Notes: generated by a model from the sequence alone, not told the origin. A stretch of DNA of 64,000 nt from an uncultured bacterium (GCA_963834265.1 CAWIAU010000002.1:11929-75928), one strand, 5' to 3'. Counted from the stretch's first letter, positions 37,796-47,749 are shown. Made by a program: numbers and translations.

Positions 37796-39757
37796 CTAAA
37801 TTTTGGCTTTGATTTCGTTGATAAAATCGCGAAGTTCAGCTGCCCGTTCGAACTGCAAATTGGCAGCTGCCATATCCATCTGTGATGTAAGATCACGGAT
37901 CAGGTGCTTGTACTCATCCCGTGGAATCTTTTTTAAATCAAGTTTAGGCTTCTCGCTGTCCGGCAGATCAGGACGCATGCCTTTGTCAATATTTTTGGCT
38001 ATACCGGCAGGCGTAATACCGTGCTTCTTATTGTGTTCTTCCTGAATTTTACGGCGGCGGTTTGTTTCATCAATTGCACGCTGCATGCTCCCGGTTACTT
38101 TATCCGCGTACATTATCACACGACCCCTTTCGTGTCTGGCAGCACGGCCAATTGTTTGAACCAGAGATTGTTCACTTCGCAGAAAGCCCTCCTTATCTGC
38201 ATCCAGAATAGCTACCAAACTAACTTCCGGCAAATCCAGTCCTTCCCGGAGCAGATTGATCCCGACGACCACATCATACACGCCCAATCTCAGATCCCGC
38301 AGGATATCAGTCCGGTCCAGCGTATCAACGTCGCTATGAAGATATGCGACTTTAATACCCAGCTCTTTCAGATACTCGCTTAAATCTTCTGCCATACGCT
38401 TGGTAAGCGTCGTTACGAGTACGCGATGATGATCACTAACCGCACTGCGAATTTCGGCCATCAGGTCGTCCACCTGATGCGTAACCGGCCGGACTTCGAT
38501 CTGGGGATCTACCAGGCCTGTCGGACGGATAATTTGCTGTATCGGTTCGGAACTGTGCGATAACTCATATTCTGCCGGAGTAGCACTTACATAAACGACT
38601 TTATTTATATGACGTTCGAACTCTGTAAAGGTTAACGGTCGGTTATCCAGAGCACTCGGCAAACGAAAACCGTGCTCAACCAACACTTCTTTGCGTGCGC
38701 GATCGCCGTTATACATACCCCTGACCTGCGGTATGGTCATATGACTTTCATCGATAAATAACAGATAATCATCAGGAAAATAATCCATAAGTGTTGCTGG
38801 TTGTTCGCCGGGTTCACGATTAGTCAGATAACGGCTATAGTTTTCTATACCTTTTACAAAACCTGTTTCTTCTAACATTTCCAGATCAAATTTTGTTCGC
38901 TGATTCAGCCGCTGGGCTTCCAGCAACTTACCATTGTCATTAAAATATTTTGTACGCTCTTCAAGTTCAGATTGAATTCGGCTAAGTGCCGATTTAAGCT
39001 TTCTTTCGGGTGTTACGTAGTGACTACCGGGATAAACTTTCAGATTCTTAAGCTGTTCTGCGATTTCGCCGGTCAGAGGGTCAATTTTGGTAATGCGTTC
39101 TATCACGTCGCCGAAAAATTCTATACGATACGCCATCTCCTCTCCGGCCGGAAATATATCAACCACATCGCCGCGCACCCGGAAGGTTCCGCGGTGAAAG
39201 TCTGTATCGTTTCGCTGGTACTGAATATCTGTCAGATGCCGTAATAATTTATCACGTTTTCGTGTTTCACCTGCTTTAATCTTGACCGACAGCTCATTAT
39301 AATCTTCAACTGATCCTATCCCATATATACAACTGACGCTGGCTACTATCAGTACATCGCGCCTGCTCAGCAGAGACGATGTAGCAGCGTGACGCAACCG
39401 ATCAATCTCCTCGTTTATCTGAGAATCTTTCTCGATATACGTATCGGATCGGGCAATATAGGCTTCCGGCTGATAATAATCAAAATAGCTGACAAAATAA
39501 TGCACTGCATTGTCCGGAAAGAACTGCTTAAACTCGCTATATAGCTGGGCAGCAAGTGTCTTGTTGTGGCACATGACAAGTGTGGGTCGCTGCATATTGA
39601 CGACAACATTGGCCATAGTAAATGTCTTGCCAGAGCCTGTAACTCCCAACAATGTCTGTTCTTTTACCTCGTTTCCCAGATTTTCACTGAGCGCAGCAAT
39701 AGCGGCCGGCTGATCCCCGGTAGGGCTGTAGTCAGATTTTATTTTGAATTTAGCCAC
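37796..39757 (-). CDS. uvrB: Excinuclease ABC subunit B
   Basis: 653 aa. Motifs: [11 protein letters not shown], Walker [11 protein letters not shown], helicase motifs, C-terminal UVR domain (FERAAELRD). GTG start. Confidence 0.95.
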   Translation of the reverse strand: MAKFKIKSDYSPTGDQPAAIAALSENLGNEVKEQTLLGVTGSGKTFTMANVVVNMQRPTLVMCHNKTLAAQLYSEFKQFFPDNAVHYFVSYFDYYQPEAYIARSDTYIEKDSQINEEIDRLRHAATSSLLSRRDVLIVASVSCIYGIGSVEDYNELSVKIKAGETRKRDKLLRHLTDIQYQRNDTDFHRGTFRVRGDVVDIFPAGEEMAYRIEFFGDVIERITKIDPLTGEIAEQLKNLKVYPGSHYVTPERKLKSALSRIQSELEERTKYFNDNGKLLEAQRLNQRTKFDLEMLEETGFVKGIENYSRYLTNREPGEQPATLMDYFPDDYLLFIDESHMTIPQVRGMYNGDRARKEVLVEHGFRLPSALDNRPLTFTEFERHINKVVYVSATPAEYELSHSSEPIQQIIRPTGLVDPQIEVRPVTHQVDDLMAEIRSAVSDHHRVLVTTLTKRMAEDLSEYLKELGIKVAYLHSDVDTLDRTDILRDLRLGVYDVVVGINLLREGLDLPEVSLVAILDADKEGFLRSEQSLVQTIGRAARHERGRVIMYADKVTGSMQRAIDETNRRRKIQEEHNKKHGITPAGIAKNIDKGMRPDLPDSEKPKLDLKKIPRDEYKHLIRDLTSQMDMAAANLQFERAAELRDFINEIKAKI

Positions 39758-39763
39758 CCGTCT

Positions 39764-39769
39764 ATTATA
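39764..39769 (-). promoter_or_regulatory. Candidate -10 box (TATAAT) 6 nt upstream of the uvrB GTG
   Basis: Minus-strand sequence is cagcTATAATagacggGTG, within the 27-nt gap after the upstream ORF. Confidence 0.3.
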
Positions 39770-39784
39770 GCTGAGAAGTCGGCC

Positions 39785-40606
39785 CTAGATGTACACATCC
39801 TCGCGCTCATTAAGATAGACTATTGTTGCATGAAGCGTAGCATCAGGCTTACTTGCCTGTTCTACCGCCACTGTAGTCGCAGTTCCAATATCTTCTCCCA
39901 CTGCTCTCAGGCTGGATAGAGCCAAAAAAGCTATCTCTGCCCGATTATTAAATAATGTATCCTGAGGCAGTCCGTTGCCTTCGCCAATTCCAACCACAGA
40001 AACCCAATTTGCAGGCAGGGAAACAACATCGGAAGGCTTATTTCGTCGTAAGCCTTTCTGTTGGGTTTTTCTATGCGACATTATATCAACTGGCATTGTG
40101 CTTTCGGTACAAAGCCTTATTAAATACTCCCCATATCCCAAGGAAGTAAGTTCAGCGGCGAGTGCATCAAGAGTCGTATACTCATCAGCACGTATAAATC
40201 TGTGGCGACCGGAATTGTACCATTTTGCCGATACAGTACCTGCAGGTACGAAGTCGCCTGTTTCTTCAACCTCTCCTCTTCGTCCTTTTGTTAAATCTCT
40301 AACCTTTTTTTCCATCTCCTTATTAAGAATGAGGTGATGATTTTTATCTGCCAGTATATCCTGTGGAGAGCTGCGCCTTGGACTACTTGCCACCTGTAAA
40401 CTATCGTGGATTACCGTATTGTCTGCGGCCCATGCCATAACTCTTCTTCCGATGCCAATATGACCGTCTGTTATCAAGCGGTTGTGAGATAACCCCTGGC
40501 GAGGCTCATTACATGCTCGCAGGCTGTCAATATCATTTGCAAGCAGACGAACACCAAGTCGTGCAACTTTTGTAATAGCTTTTTCGGCCGATCTTTGATT
40601 AGACAT
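39785..40606 (-). CDS. Hypothetical protein (273 aa), no recognisable domain
   Basis: Long ORF with no hydrophobic segments, codon usage like its neighbours, and only short antisense ORFs competing. Confidence 0.55.
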   Translation of the reverse strand: MSNQRSAEKAITKVARLGVRLLANDIDSLRACNEPRQGLSHNRLITDGHIGIGRRVMAWAADNTVIHDSLQVASSPRRSSPQDILADKNHHLILNKEMEKKVRDLTKGRRGEVEETGDFVPAGTVSAKWYNSGRHRFIRADEYTTLDALAAELTSLGYGEYLIRLCTESTMPVDIMSHRKTQQKGLRRNKPSDVVSLPANWVSVVGIGEGNGLPQDTLFNNRAEIAFLALSSLRAVGEDIGTATTVAVEQASKPDATLHATIVYLNEREDVYI

Positions 40607-40658
40607 AGATGCCTACTATGCTCTATTAATCTTATATTGTCTATCAGAACAGGGTGTC

Positions 40659-41258
40659 TTAATATGCTTCTAAAGAATCAAAAATTGAGCTGGCCGCCTT
40701 AGAAACTTCATCAAGCATTTTATCAGCCTCAGGATCATCAGGCCCCATCTGCGGGTAATGGAGAGCATAAAAATATTCGCCAATCACTTTGAGCATGCCA
40801 TTTTTTGCTCTATAAGTATCCTGTATCCTGACATCCGTTTCGCCAATAGATCCGGACAGATCGTTTATTTTCCACCTATAGATACCCCAGGCTCCTATAT
40901 ACGAAGCGTGTTCTGCTTCAAGTTTAGTATCGTATTTAGTCAAAAGTTTTATCGAGCCAGCCGGAGCATAATCTTTCGGAGTGACATATTCGTAGGTTAT
41001 ATTTTTAAAGTCCCTGGGTACCTTGGCTTTAACGCTCCATTCTTTGATCTCGAGATATTCGTTAGTAGTGCCGTCCGATTTTTTAGACTCATCTTGCTTT
41101 GGTGAGGCTGTAGAATCGTCCACTACCGAATTTTGACGTTTTGACGAATCCCGCTGGGATATGACAACATAACTAATTGCCCCGCCGACACATCCCAAAA
41201 CGAGCACGGCCAGAACAACTGCTGTAAGTGTAAAGCCTTTTTGATTATTAAATTTCAT
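40659..41258 (-). CDS. Pilin-like protein with an atypical prepilin leader (KG|FTLTA, no Glu5)
   Basis: 199 aa. MKFNNQKGFTLTAVVLAVLVLGCVGG resembles a class III signal but lacks the conserved E5. An S/D/K-rich linker precedes a globular domain. Confidence 0.5.
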   Translation of the reverse strand: MKFNNQKGFTLTAVVLAVLVLGCVGGAISYVVISQRDSSKRQNSVVDDSTASPKQDESKKSDGTTNEYLEIKEWSVKAKVPRDFKNITYEYVTPKDYAPAGSIKLLTKYDTKLEAEHASYIGAWGIYRWKINDLSGSIGETDVRIQDTYRAKNGMLKVIGEYFYALHYPQMGPDDPEADKMLDEVSKAASSIFDSLEAY

Positions 41259-41300
41259 TGTTATTTCCTTGGTTAGCTATTAAGCGTAAGCATACCTGGT

Positions 41301-41873
41301 TTAAACATATAGATCAAGATATTGCTTGTTTTGCTCATTTAGTAGTTTTGTTATCTGCTTTATCAGATCTACTGGTTCATCACTGAACAAGACGTTCTCG
41401 CTATGACTTTCGCCGGCAGCACGCAGTATACCCATGATCTCTTCGCTGATCCCGCCAGCGCCTTGCAAAAATCCTATGGGCGTTTCCATTTCCATTGCAA
41501 TTGTAAATTCATGCAAAGTACCGAGCCGTCCTCCGATACTGATTACAGCATCGCTCGAGCTAATTAGTAGTGAATCCCGGCCCACATAATGAAGACCGGT
41601 ATACAGGATGCTGTCATAGGCAATGATAGGTAACCGGTATTTTCGGACATGCTCAACTTTGCTTGCAGCCGGACTGATACCAAGGCTCATTTTGCCACCA
41701 GCCTTTTTATAGCCCTCGGCGGCATAATTCGGCAGGCCTATAGTGGCTCCTGTCAGAAGAGCATGTCCGGCTTTGGCAATGGCTGCACCAGCAGTAGTAG
41801 CCAGTTCCCGCCCCTCTTCGACACTTTTGCCTTTGGCTGCTCCCGAAACGCAGATTTGATACACGCTATTCAA
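41301..41873 (-). CDS. TIGR00725/SLOG (LOG-like Rossmann) family protein
   Basis: 190 aa. Motifs: ICVSGAAKG, HALLTGATIGLP, SDAVISIGGRLGTLHEF, the typical LOG/SLOG glycine-rich pattern. Confidence 0.75.
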   Translation of the reverse strand: MNSVYQICVSGAAKGKSVEEGRELATTAGAAIAKAGHALLTGATIGLPNYAAEGYKKAGGKMSLGISPAASKVEHVRKYRLPIIAYDSILYTGLHYVGRDSLLISSSDAVISIGGRLGTLHEFTIAMEMETPIGFLQGAGGISEEIMGILRAAGESHSENVLFSDEPVDLIKQITKLLNEQNKQYLDLYV

Positions 41874-41935
41874 TCGCTTTCGTTTATAGTTTTATACTTG
41901 TAATGCTTAAAATATAATATCACTGTTTTGTAGTC

Positions 41936-43117
41936 TTACTTCAGAATTTTACGAGCTAACGACTCCTCAGAGAGATACCGTATACGGAATTCATCCCACA
42001 GGGCTGCTTGCAAATATCCGGCTGTCCGGTCTTCATAAACCACTTTACCGGCGGCGTTTATAACGACATCGGAAATATGACAGGAAACGGGACCACCCGG
42101 TACGTGTTTGCCGGTAAAATGACTCCGCCAGAAAACAAACTCAGGTATCTTCGTGCTTAATAGTACTGAACTTGTAGGTACCACTGGATCTTCAAACTCC
42201 AGACCGGGGCCTAGTTCCGGAAACTGAGAGATCTGACTTCGGGCGGCTAATCCATGATAGACTGACCAGCTTGTCCCCAGAATTTTTTCTGAGCTTGCAT
42301 ATATCCCTTTTTGTAACGTATCGGCAACTTTTACTCCGAATTTAGGAAGCGTACTCAGGCTGCGAAAATATGTGCTGTACATATATCGTTCCCGTAAAGT
42401 TTCAATCAACATAGTCGCCATTAGCAATACGTCGTAATCAAATCTCTTCTCCGGCGGTACCACTACGATTGTTCCGGTCTCTCTCGCAGGCAAAATTAGT
42501 TCTTTCATGGGATAGCCGGCTTTCTTCAAAGTATTTCGTTGCCGGACAGAGAGTGTTAAAATATCAGCCTTTTCCTGATCAAAGTCGCTCACATTTAACT
42601 TTTTGTAACTACTATGCAATTTGGTAGTCCAGTCAGCCGGCTCAGTTAGCATTGACAGAGCCAGTAATTCACCCGGGTTCTGTCGCTTCAATACGGAGTC
42701 AATAGATCGGAGTCCGCAAATTTTCATCAGTTTTTTCGGCGGATGTATCTGCAAATACTGTCTTATAACGCTTGCCTTGATAGCCCAAACCGGCTGGGCG
42801 ATAGACAGATTTTTAACAAATTTAATCGTCTTTTTGCACATTTCGACAGAACTGTCGATTGGAGTAATTCCGATGTGCTGTGCGAGCTTTTGATTATCCA
42901 TAGCTGCGCGTTGTGCAAGGGCATAGTACAGTTCTCTGTCTGTCGTATCGGCAGGATCAAGCCCCAACATATCGTTTACTGTCCGGAGCGAGTGATTTAT
43001 CTCTGTTGCTAAATGTATATCAAGGCCTTTGCGGCCGCTTAAGTTCTCCCATTCGCGCACCAAATGGCTGAAATGCGGCTCAGGAGCCTGCAAAATATCA
43101 GAAATCAAACGTGACAC
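41936..43117 (-). CDS. Hypothetical protein (393 aa), no recognisable domain
   Basis: Long ORF with an uncertain GTG start and no TM. It sits immediately upstream of the SLOG gene on the same strand. Confidence 0.6.
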   Translation of the reverse strand: MSRLISDILQAPEPHFSHLVREWENLSGRKGLDIHLATEINHSLRTVNDMLGLDPADTTDRELYYALAQRAAMDNQKLAQHIGITPIDSSVEMCKKTIKFVKNLSIAQPVWAIKASVIRQYLQIHPPKKLMKICGLRSIDSVLKRQNPGELLALSMLTEPADWTTKLHSSYKKLNVSDFDQEKADILTLSVRQRNTLKKAGYPMKELILPARETGTIVVVPPEKRFDYDVLLMATMLIETLRERYMYSTYFRSLSTLPKFGVKVADTLQKGIYASSEKILGTSWSVYHGLAARSQISQFPELGPGLEFEDPVVPTSSVLLSTKIPEFVFWRSHFTGKHVPGGPVSCHISDVVINAAGKVVYEDRTAGYLQAALWDEFRIRYLSEESLARKILK

Positions 43118-43229
43118 ATCGGGCGCTTTCTCATAAAAATTTTAAAGATCAAAAAACAAATTTCAGATAAATTCCAGCTGCTTAAACTCAAATCCGAAAA
43201 CAGGTGGACTTTAAAATTTGATGTTTCTA

Positions 43230-43260
43230 TGAAGTTTGATTTTTGAAGTTTGAAGTTTGG
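43230..43260. repeat. Three copies of TGAAGTTTGA/G (two overlapping) in the pfkB 3' / ORF-393 5' intergenic region
   Basis: Sequence is atGAAGTTTGAttttTGAAGTTTGAAGTTTGGcat, 113-143 nt upstream of the GTG at 43117. Confidence 0.6.
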
Positions 43261-43264
43261 CATC

Positions 43265-44263
43265 TTATATGCGTTCGGGTTTATACCACTCTGGTGCTTT
43301 CTGTAACAGTTCTGCCAGTTTTTTCTCGCTCAACAGACCGGACTGTGCGCCCACATGTTGTACGACATTCATAGAGCTTATAGGGGCCCACTGTAATGCT
43401 CCGTCTACTGTATTTCCCTTTATGATCGCTGCCACAAAAGTAGATGTAAAGGCATCACCGGCACCCGTCCGTTCTACCGGAGGAGCCGGATCAGGATAGA
43501 TCGGCATTTTGAATCGGTTTTCGCCATCAGATGCATAACTGCCGTTCGGCCCGTCGCTTATTAAAACAATTTTTGGTCCCATTTCGTGCAGCCGGTTAAA
43601 TAAGTCATGTAAATCATCATAGTTACCGCCAGTTACTGCGGTTGCTTCTTCGCGGTTGAAGGCCAGTAGTTCACTTCGCGCATATACGTGCTTTAACCTT
43701 TCGACACCAGCAGACATCTGGAATGTTCCCGGTTGAAAAGCTAATTTAACTTCCGGGTAATTTTCGAGCCACTCGACCAGATCATCATGAAAATCCATGG
43801 CATTCTCAGAAATCGAACTGAAGTAAATCCATTTCGGAATTTCTTTAGGTTTAAGATGCGGCCAGTGATAGTCATAGTTTTCGTGCTTGATCAGTATGGT
43901 ACGTTCTTCCTTGTACCATAAAACATAGTGGTAGTTACTGGCCTTTTTCGGGTTGATGTGTACATACCTTGCGTCTACTTCGGCTTTACCCAGTGCCTGA
44001 ATAATATCGCGGCCTGCGCCGTCGCTGCCAACATTTGATACCAATCCGCTCCCGAGACCCAGTTTGGCGAAATTGACCGCTGCATTGGCGGCATTACCGA
44101 CTGCATGAAGTACTTCAGAATGGTCAAATGGCAATTTAGTTCCAAATGGTATCGCCAGCACAGGCCCCTTGTCAGTCTGGTGCACTTCTGCCTTGTCATC
44201 AAATAATTTAATAAACGCATCTGTTACTACATCTCCGACACTCAGTACATCAATCTGACTCAT
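43265..44263 (-). CDS. PfkB-family carbohydrate kinase (specificity unknown)
   Basis: 332 aa. N-terminal VLSVGDVVTD, a GG dipeptide region, and the C-terminal signature TGAGDAFTSTFVAA. Confidence 0.85.
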   Translation of the reverse strand: MSQIDVLSVGDVVTDAFIKLFDDKAEVHQTDKGPVLAIPFGTKLPFDHSEVLHAVGNAANAAVNFAKLGLGSGLVSNVGSDGAGRDIIQALGKAEVDARYVHINPKKASNYHYVLWYKEERTILIKHENYDYHWPHLKPKEIPKWIYFSSISENAMDFHDDLVEWLENYPEVKLAFQPGTFQMSAGVERLKHVYARSELLAFNREEATAVTGGNYDDLHDLFNRLHEMGPKIVLISDGPNGSYASDGENRFKMPIYPDPAPPVERTGAGDAFTSTFVAAIIKGNTVDGALQWAPISSMNVVQHVGAQSGLLSEKKLAELLQKAPEWYKPERI

Positions 44264-44332
44264 ATATTCTTACCACCCACATTAGTTATTATGCTTAATT
44301 GTGCCACAAATTCAAAGGTAAACGCAACATGT

Positions 44333-45244
44333 TTAGCCGGAGCTTTTGCCGGCGCTGCCGAAGGCGTCGATTTTGTCCTCTACTACGCCCTGGACTGCGC
44401 CAATAACCTGATCCATTAATTTTATGACAGCAAATTCTTCAGGATTGTCTTTAAGCACCTTTTCGAGTGTATTGCGGAAAGCAACCCGCATGTCAGAGTT
44501 GATATTAACCTTGGTAACACCTATCTTTGCTGCTTCGCTATAATAATGTTCCGGGGTTCCGCTACCGCCGTGCAAACTAATATTGCAGTCGATTGCCTCA
44601 CGGATCTGTTGTAGCAATTTCAGATCCAGCATTTTCGGAACCGGATATTTACCATGCAGATTGCCTATAGCTGCTGCGAAAGTATCTATACCTGTTGTTT
44701 CTGTGAATGCTCTGGCTCCTTCAGGTGTGCTGAAAGTCTTCCTGATCTCTTCATAATCAATATCTTCCTTGTGTACATTGGAACTGCCACCGAAATAATG
44801 CGGCTCGCTCTCTACCAGCGCGCCGGTAAGCCTGGCATAATCTACAACTTCGCGTGTTTTATCAATAATATCCTGATCGGATGCCTCGTGATTTGCTTGA
44901 GATATATCAATATGGATGAATTCGAAGCCGGCTTCAATCCCGGCAATAGCTGCCTCAACAGTAGGGCTGTGATCAAGATTGACATACATCTCAATACTTA
45001 GTTCAGTGCGATAATTGTCCACCATATCACGAATATTCTCTATACCAAGCGATTCTACTTCGCCGTGGCTGACTTCTACCAGTACCGGCGACTTCTTGAC
45101 AACTGCCGCCCTTGCTACTGCGATAAGAGTCTCCTGGTTATCGAGGTTAAAGGCTCCGACAGCGAAATGTTCCTCACGTGCCCGTTTCATGAGCTCGCGG
45201 GCCGCAGCACTATTATCTCTCATTTGTCGAAGCGTAAGCGGCAT
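44333..45244 (-). CDS. fba: Class II fructose/tagatose-bisphosphate aldolase
   Basis: 303 aa. Motifs: FAVGAFN, VNLDHS, HIDIS, NISLHGGSGTP, KVNINSD. Confidence 0.9.
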   Translation of the reverse strand: MPLTLRQMRDNSAAARELMKRAREEHFAVGAFNLDNQETLIAVARAAVVKKSPVLVEVSHGEVESLGIENIRDMVDNYRTELSIEMYVNLDHSPTVEAAIAGIEAGFEFIHIDISQANHEASDQDIIDKTREVVDYARLTGALVESEPHYFGGSSNVHKEDIDYEEIRKTFSTPEGARAFTETTGIDTFAAAIGNLHGKYPVPKMLDLKLLQQIREAIDCNISLHGGSGTPEHYYSEAAKIGVTKVNINSDMRVAFRNTLEKVLKDNPEEFAVIKLMDQVIGAVQGVVEDKIDAFGSAGKSSG

Positions 45245-45309
45245 ATTATCTGTTAGTATACCTGATTCTGTTCATGCTTGTACAGAAGATATATGGTATA
45301 AAGGTAGGT

Positions 45310-45561
45310 ATGGAAAGTAAAATGTTTAAACGCCGGCTGGCTTTGCCTCTGGCGATTGTTGCAAGTGGCATGGGCGGATCTGCATTAGCAGGAATTGACG
45401 CCCGCGATATTGTAAAAAGCGCAACTTTACTGGTCAAAAGTATAGATGATCTAATGCCGGAAGATTCATTTTGTGTGAGCGAAAATCCGGTCTCAGGAGA
45501 TCCTGCCGGTGAACCCGCTACATGTAACCAGAATCAGGACTCGTCGTATATAACCGGTTAG
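45310..45561 (+). CDS. Possible small secreted protein (83 aa)
   Basis: AAGGTAGG then ATG at 45310. Signal-like MESKMFKRRLALPLAIVASGMGGSALA, two Cys. It is the only plus-strand ORF between fba and tkt; its end overlaps the tkt stop by 4 nt. Confidence 0.45.
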   Translation: MESKMFKRRLALPLAIVASGMGGSALAGIDARDIVKSATLLVKSIDDLMPEDSFCVSENPVSGDPAGEPATCNQNQDSSYITG

Positions 45562-46541
45562 GACTGGTTTTTGCCAAGTAAAGCGTGGGCAGCGATTTGA
45601 ATGTGTTTGGCTGTGAGTCCGAAGTGATTCAGAAGCTCATCAGGATTTCCGGATTCACCAAAGTGATCGCGCATACCCATTCTCTTGAGCTTGCGCGGAC
45701 ATTCTTCGCTCAGCAGTTCGGCTACTGCTCCGCCCAGGCCGCCATTTATCTGTGCTTCTTCGATTGTTATCACCGCCTTAGTTTTCTCAACGCTTTTCAA
45801 AATTGTTACCGCGTCGAGTGGTTTGATCGTCGGGACATGTATTACTTCAACATCAATTCCCTGAGTATAGAGTTTCATGGCCGCTACCATGGCCTGATAG
45901 GTCATTGTACCCGTGGAAATAATCGTCAGATCGTTGCCGTGCGTATAAACATAGGCTTTACCGATCTCAAATGGTGTATCAGCAGTTGTAATTACAGGCG
46001 TGTTCTCGCGCGATAAACGAATATAATTCGGACGTTTGTCCTCAGCCATCGCCAGAGTCATCTTCTCTGCCTCGACTGCATCCCCCGGAGCCAGTACTAC
46101 CATATTGGGCAGAACCCGCATCAGAGCAATATCTTCCAGCATCTGGTGGGTGGCACCGTCTTTGCCGGTATAAAGTCCTGTGTGAGCTCCAACAATCTTG
46201 ACGGGTCTGTCATTCAGGCAAATTGTTGTCCTGATCTGTTCCCAGTTACGTCCAGGACTAAAGGCCGCATAGCTGGCCACAAACGGGATTTTGCCCATAG
46301 CTGCCAGACCGGAGCCTACAGTCACCAGATTCTGTTCGGCTACACCAATCTGTACGAATCGATCAGGAAATTCCTTTGCGAACAAACTGATCTTAGTCGA
46401 ATCCGTTAAGTCTGCACAGGCAGCCACAACATTGATGTTGCGTTTGCCCGCTTCCAACAGTCCCCGCCCAAACCCCGCACGATTGGCATCCAAAGCAATA
46501 TCTTTTGCCAAAACATCCTTAACCAAATGCAAATTATTCAT
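45558..46541 (-). CDS. tkt: Transketolase, C-terminal subunit (pyrimidine-binding + C-terminal domains)
   Basis: 327 aa. Motifs: FGRGLLEAG, FVQIGVAEQN, GKDGATHQMLEDIALMR. Confidence 0.92.
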   Translation of the reverse strand: MNNLHLVKDVLAKDIALDANRAGFGRGLLEAGKRNINVVAACADLTDSTKISLFAKEFPDRFVQIGVAEQNLVTVGSGLAAMGKIPFVASYAAFSPGRNWEQIRTTICLNDRPVKIVGAHTGLYTGKDGATHQMLEDIALMRVLPNMVVLAPGDAVEAEKMTLAMAEDKRPNYIRLSRENTPVITTADTPFEIGKAYVYTHGNDLTIISTGTMTYQAMVAAMKLYTQGIDVEVIHVPTIKPLDAVTILKSVEKTKAVITIEEAQINGGLGGAVAELLSEECPRKLKRMGMRDHFGESGNPDELLNHFGLTAKHIQIAAHALLGKNQS

Positions 46542-46843
46542 ATTTGATACTTTATTAGATTATCAATTGCCGCATAAAGAAAATATAACATTTGGATAAT
46601 AAGTATCGAAGAAGCAAAGTATCCTAAATTGTTACTTTTTTCAGCTAGTTTTACTAGTCGCCAAACAAAAATGAAATAAACAAGCAGGATTGGTCCGGCA
46701 AAAACTAGCGCAAGAGCAATTGAAGTAGAGGCATTACTCAATCCCTGGCTCAATAACGCTACAGTCATCAAAACAATCCAAATCGGTATAGACCATAAAG
46801 CAAGTCTGTAGTGAAGTAACTTTTTGGTAGATTTTTTACTCAT
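46538..46843 (-). CDS. Small 3-TM membrane protein encoded between the two transketolase halves
   Basis: The track ORF (to 46954) overlaps tktN. The internal ATG 46843 gives 101 aa (MSKKSTKKLLHYRLALWSIPIWIVLM...). Its ATG overlaps the tktN stop (ATGAGTAA) and its stop overlaps the tktC ATG (ATGA). Confidence 0.55.
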   Translation of the reverse strand: MSKKSTKKLLHYRLALWSIPIWIVLMTVALLSQGLSNASTSIALALVFAGPILLVYFIFVWRLVKLAEKSNNLGYFASSILIIQMLYFLYAAIDNLIKYQI

Positions 46844-47693
46844 GTTCGCCTCGGATTTTTCCTTGTAGTGTGCGGAGGTCATGTAGAGCTTCTTTGGCTT
46901 GTTCGTGATTCGGCGGGGCACCATGCCAATGGAAATCATATTCCATGAAGTCAACGCCTTTGCCCGGGATCGTATGAGCTATGATCATGACCGGTTTTTC
47001 GACAATTGCGCGCGCCAAGGCACAGGCATCGATAATTTCTTCCATGTTATTGCCATCAATCTCCAGCACATGCCACCCAAAAGCCTGCCATTTACCCGCC
47101 AGATCTTCCAGAGGCATCACAGTTTCTGTGGGACCATCAATCTGTATGTTATTGCGATCTATAATACCGATGACATTATTGAGACGATACTTGCCTGTCA
47201 GCATGGCTGCCTCCCAGATGTTGCCCTCGTCCAGCTCGCCGTCACCCATAACAACATACACCCAGCGGTGCTGAATTTTGTCCATGCGCATCGCCAGCGC
47301 CATACCGGCAGCCTGGCTCAGTCCACAACCCAACGGACCACTGGTTGTTTCCAGTCCCGGCAATTTTGTCCGCTCCGGATGGCCCTGCAGCCTTGAGCCA
47401 AATTGCCGCAGAGTCATCAGCTCTTTTTTATCGAAGTAGCCGGCGTGCGCCATGGTTGCGTATTGCACCGGTACGCAGTGGCCATTGCTGAGCAAAAGGA
47501 TGTCGCGCTGATCCCAATCCGGCTTCTTCGGATCATGTTTGAGAATATCAAAATAAAGCGCGGTAAATATATCGGTAAGGCCAAGCGGCCCGGCACTATG
47601 CCCGCTGCCGGCATGTTCCAGCATCCGGATTATATCCTTCCGGATCTCAACAGCCCTCTCCTCCAACTCAACCAAAGTATATTTTTTAGCCAT
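46836..47693 (-). CDS. tkt: Transketolase, N-terminal subunit (TPP-binding)
   Basis: 285 aa. Motifs: SGHSAGPLG, LSNGH, GSRLQGHPE, VVMGDGELDEGNIWEAAM. Confidence 0.92.
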   Translation of the reverse strand: MAKKYTLVELEERAVEIRKDIIRMLEHAGSGHSAGPLGLTDIFTALYFDILKHDPKKPDWDQRDILLLSNGHCVPVQYATMAHAGYFDKKELMTLRQFGSRLQGHPERTKLPGLETTSGPLGCGLSQAAGMALAMRMDKIQHRWVYVVMGDGELDEGNIWEAAMLTGKYRLNNVIGIIDRNNIQIDGPTETVMPLEDLAGKWQAFGWHVLEIDGNNMEEIIDACALARAIVEKPVMIIAHTIPGKGVDFMEYDFHWHGAPPNHEQAKEALHDLRTLQGKIRGEHE

Positions 47694-47749
47694 TACCCTA
47701 ATGATTATAACAATAAGTCAGAATTTATTATTCAGTTATGTGGGATATT

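Noticed and set aside
46844-46954. N-terminal 37 codons of the 138-aa track ORF 46538..46954
   Set aside because: This part overlaps the 3' end of transketolase-N in another frame. The internal ATG at 46843, coupled to the tktN stop, gives a coherent 3-TM protein.
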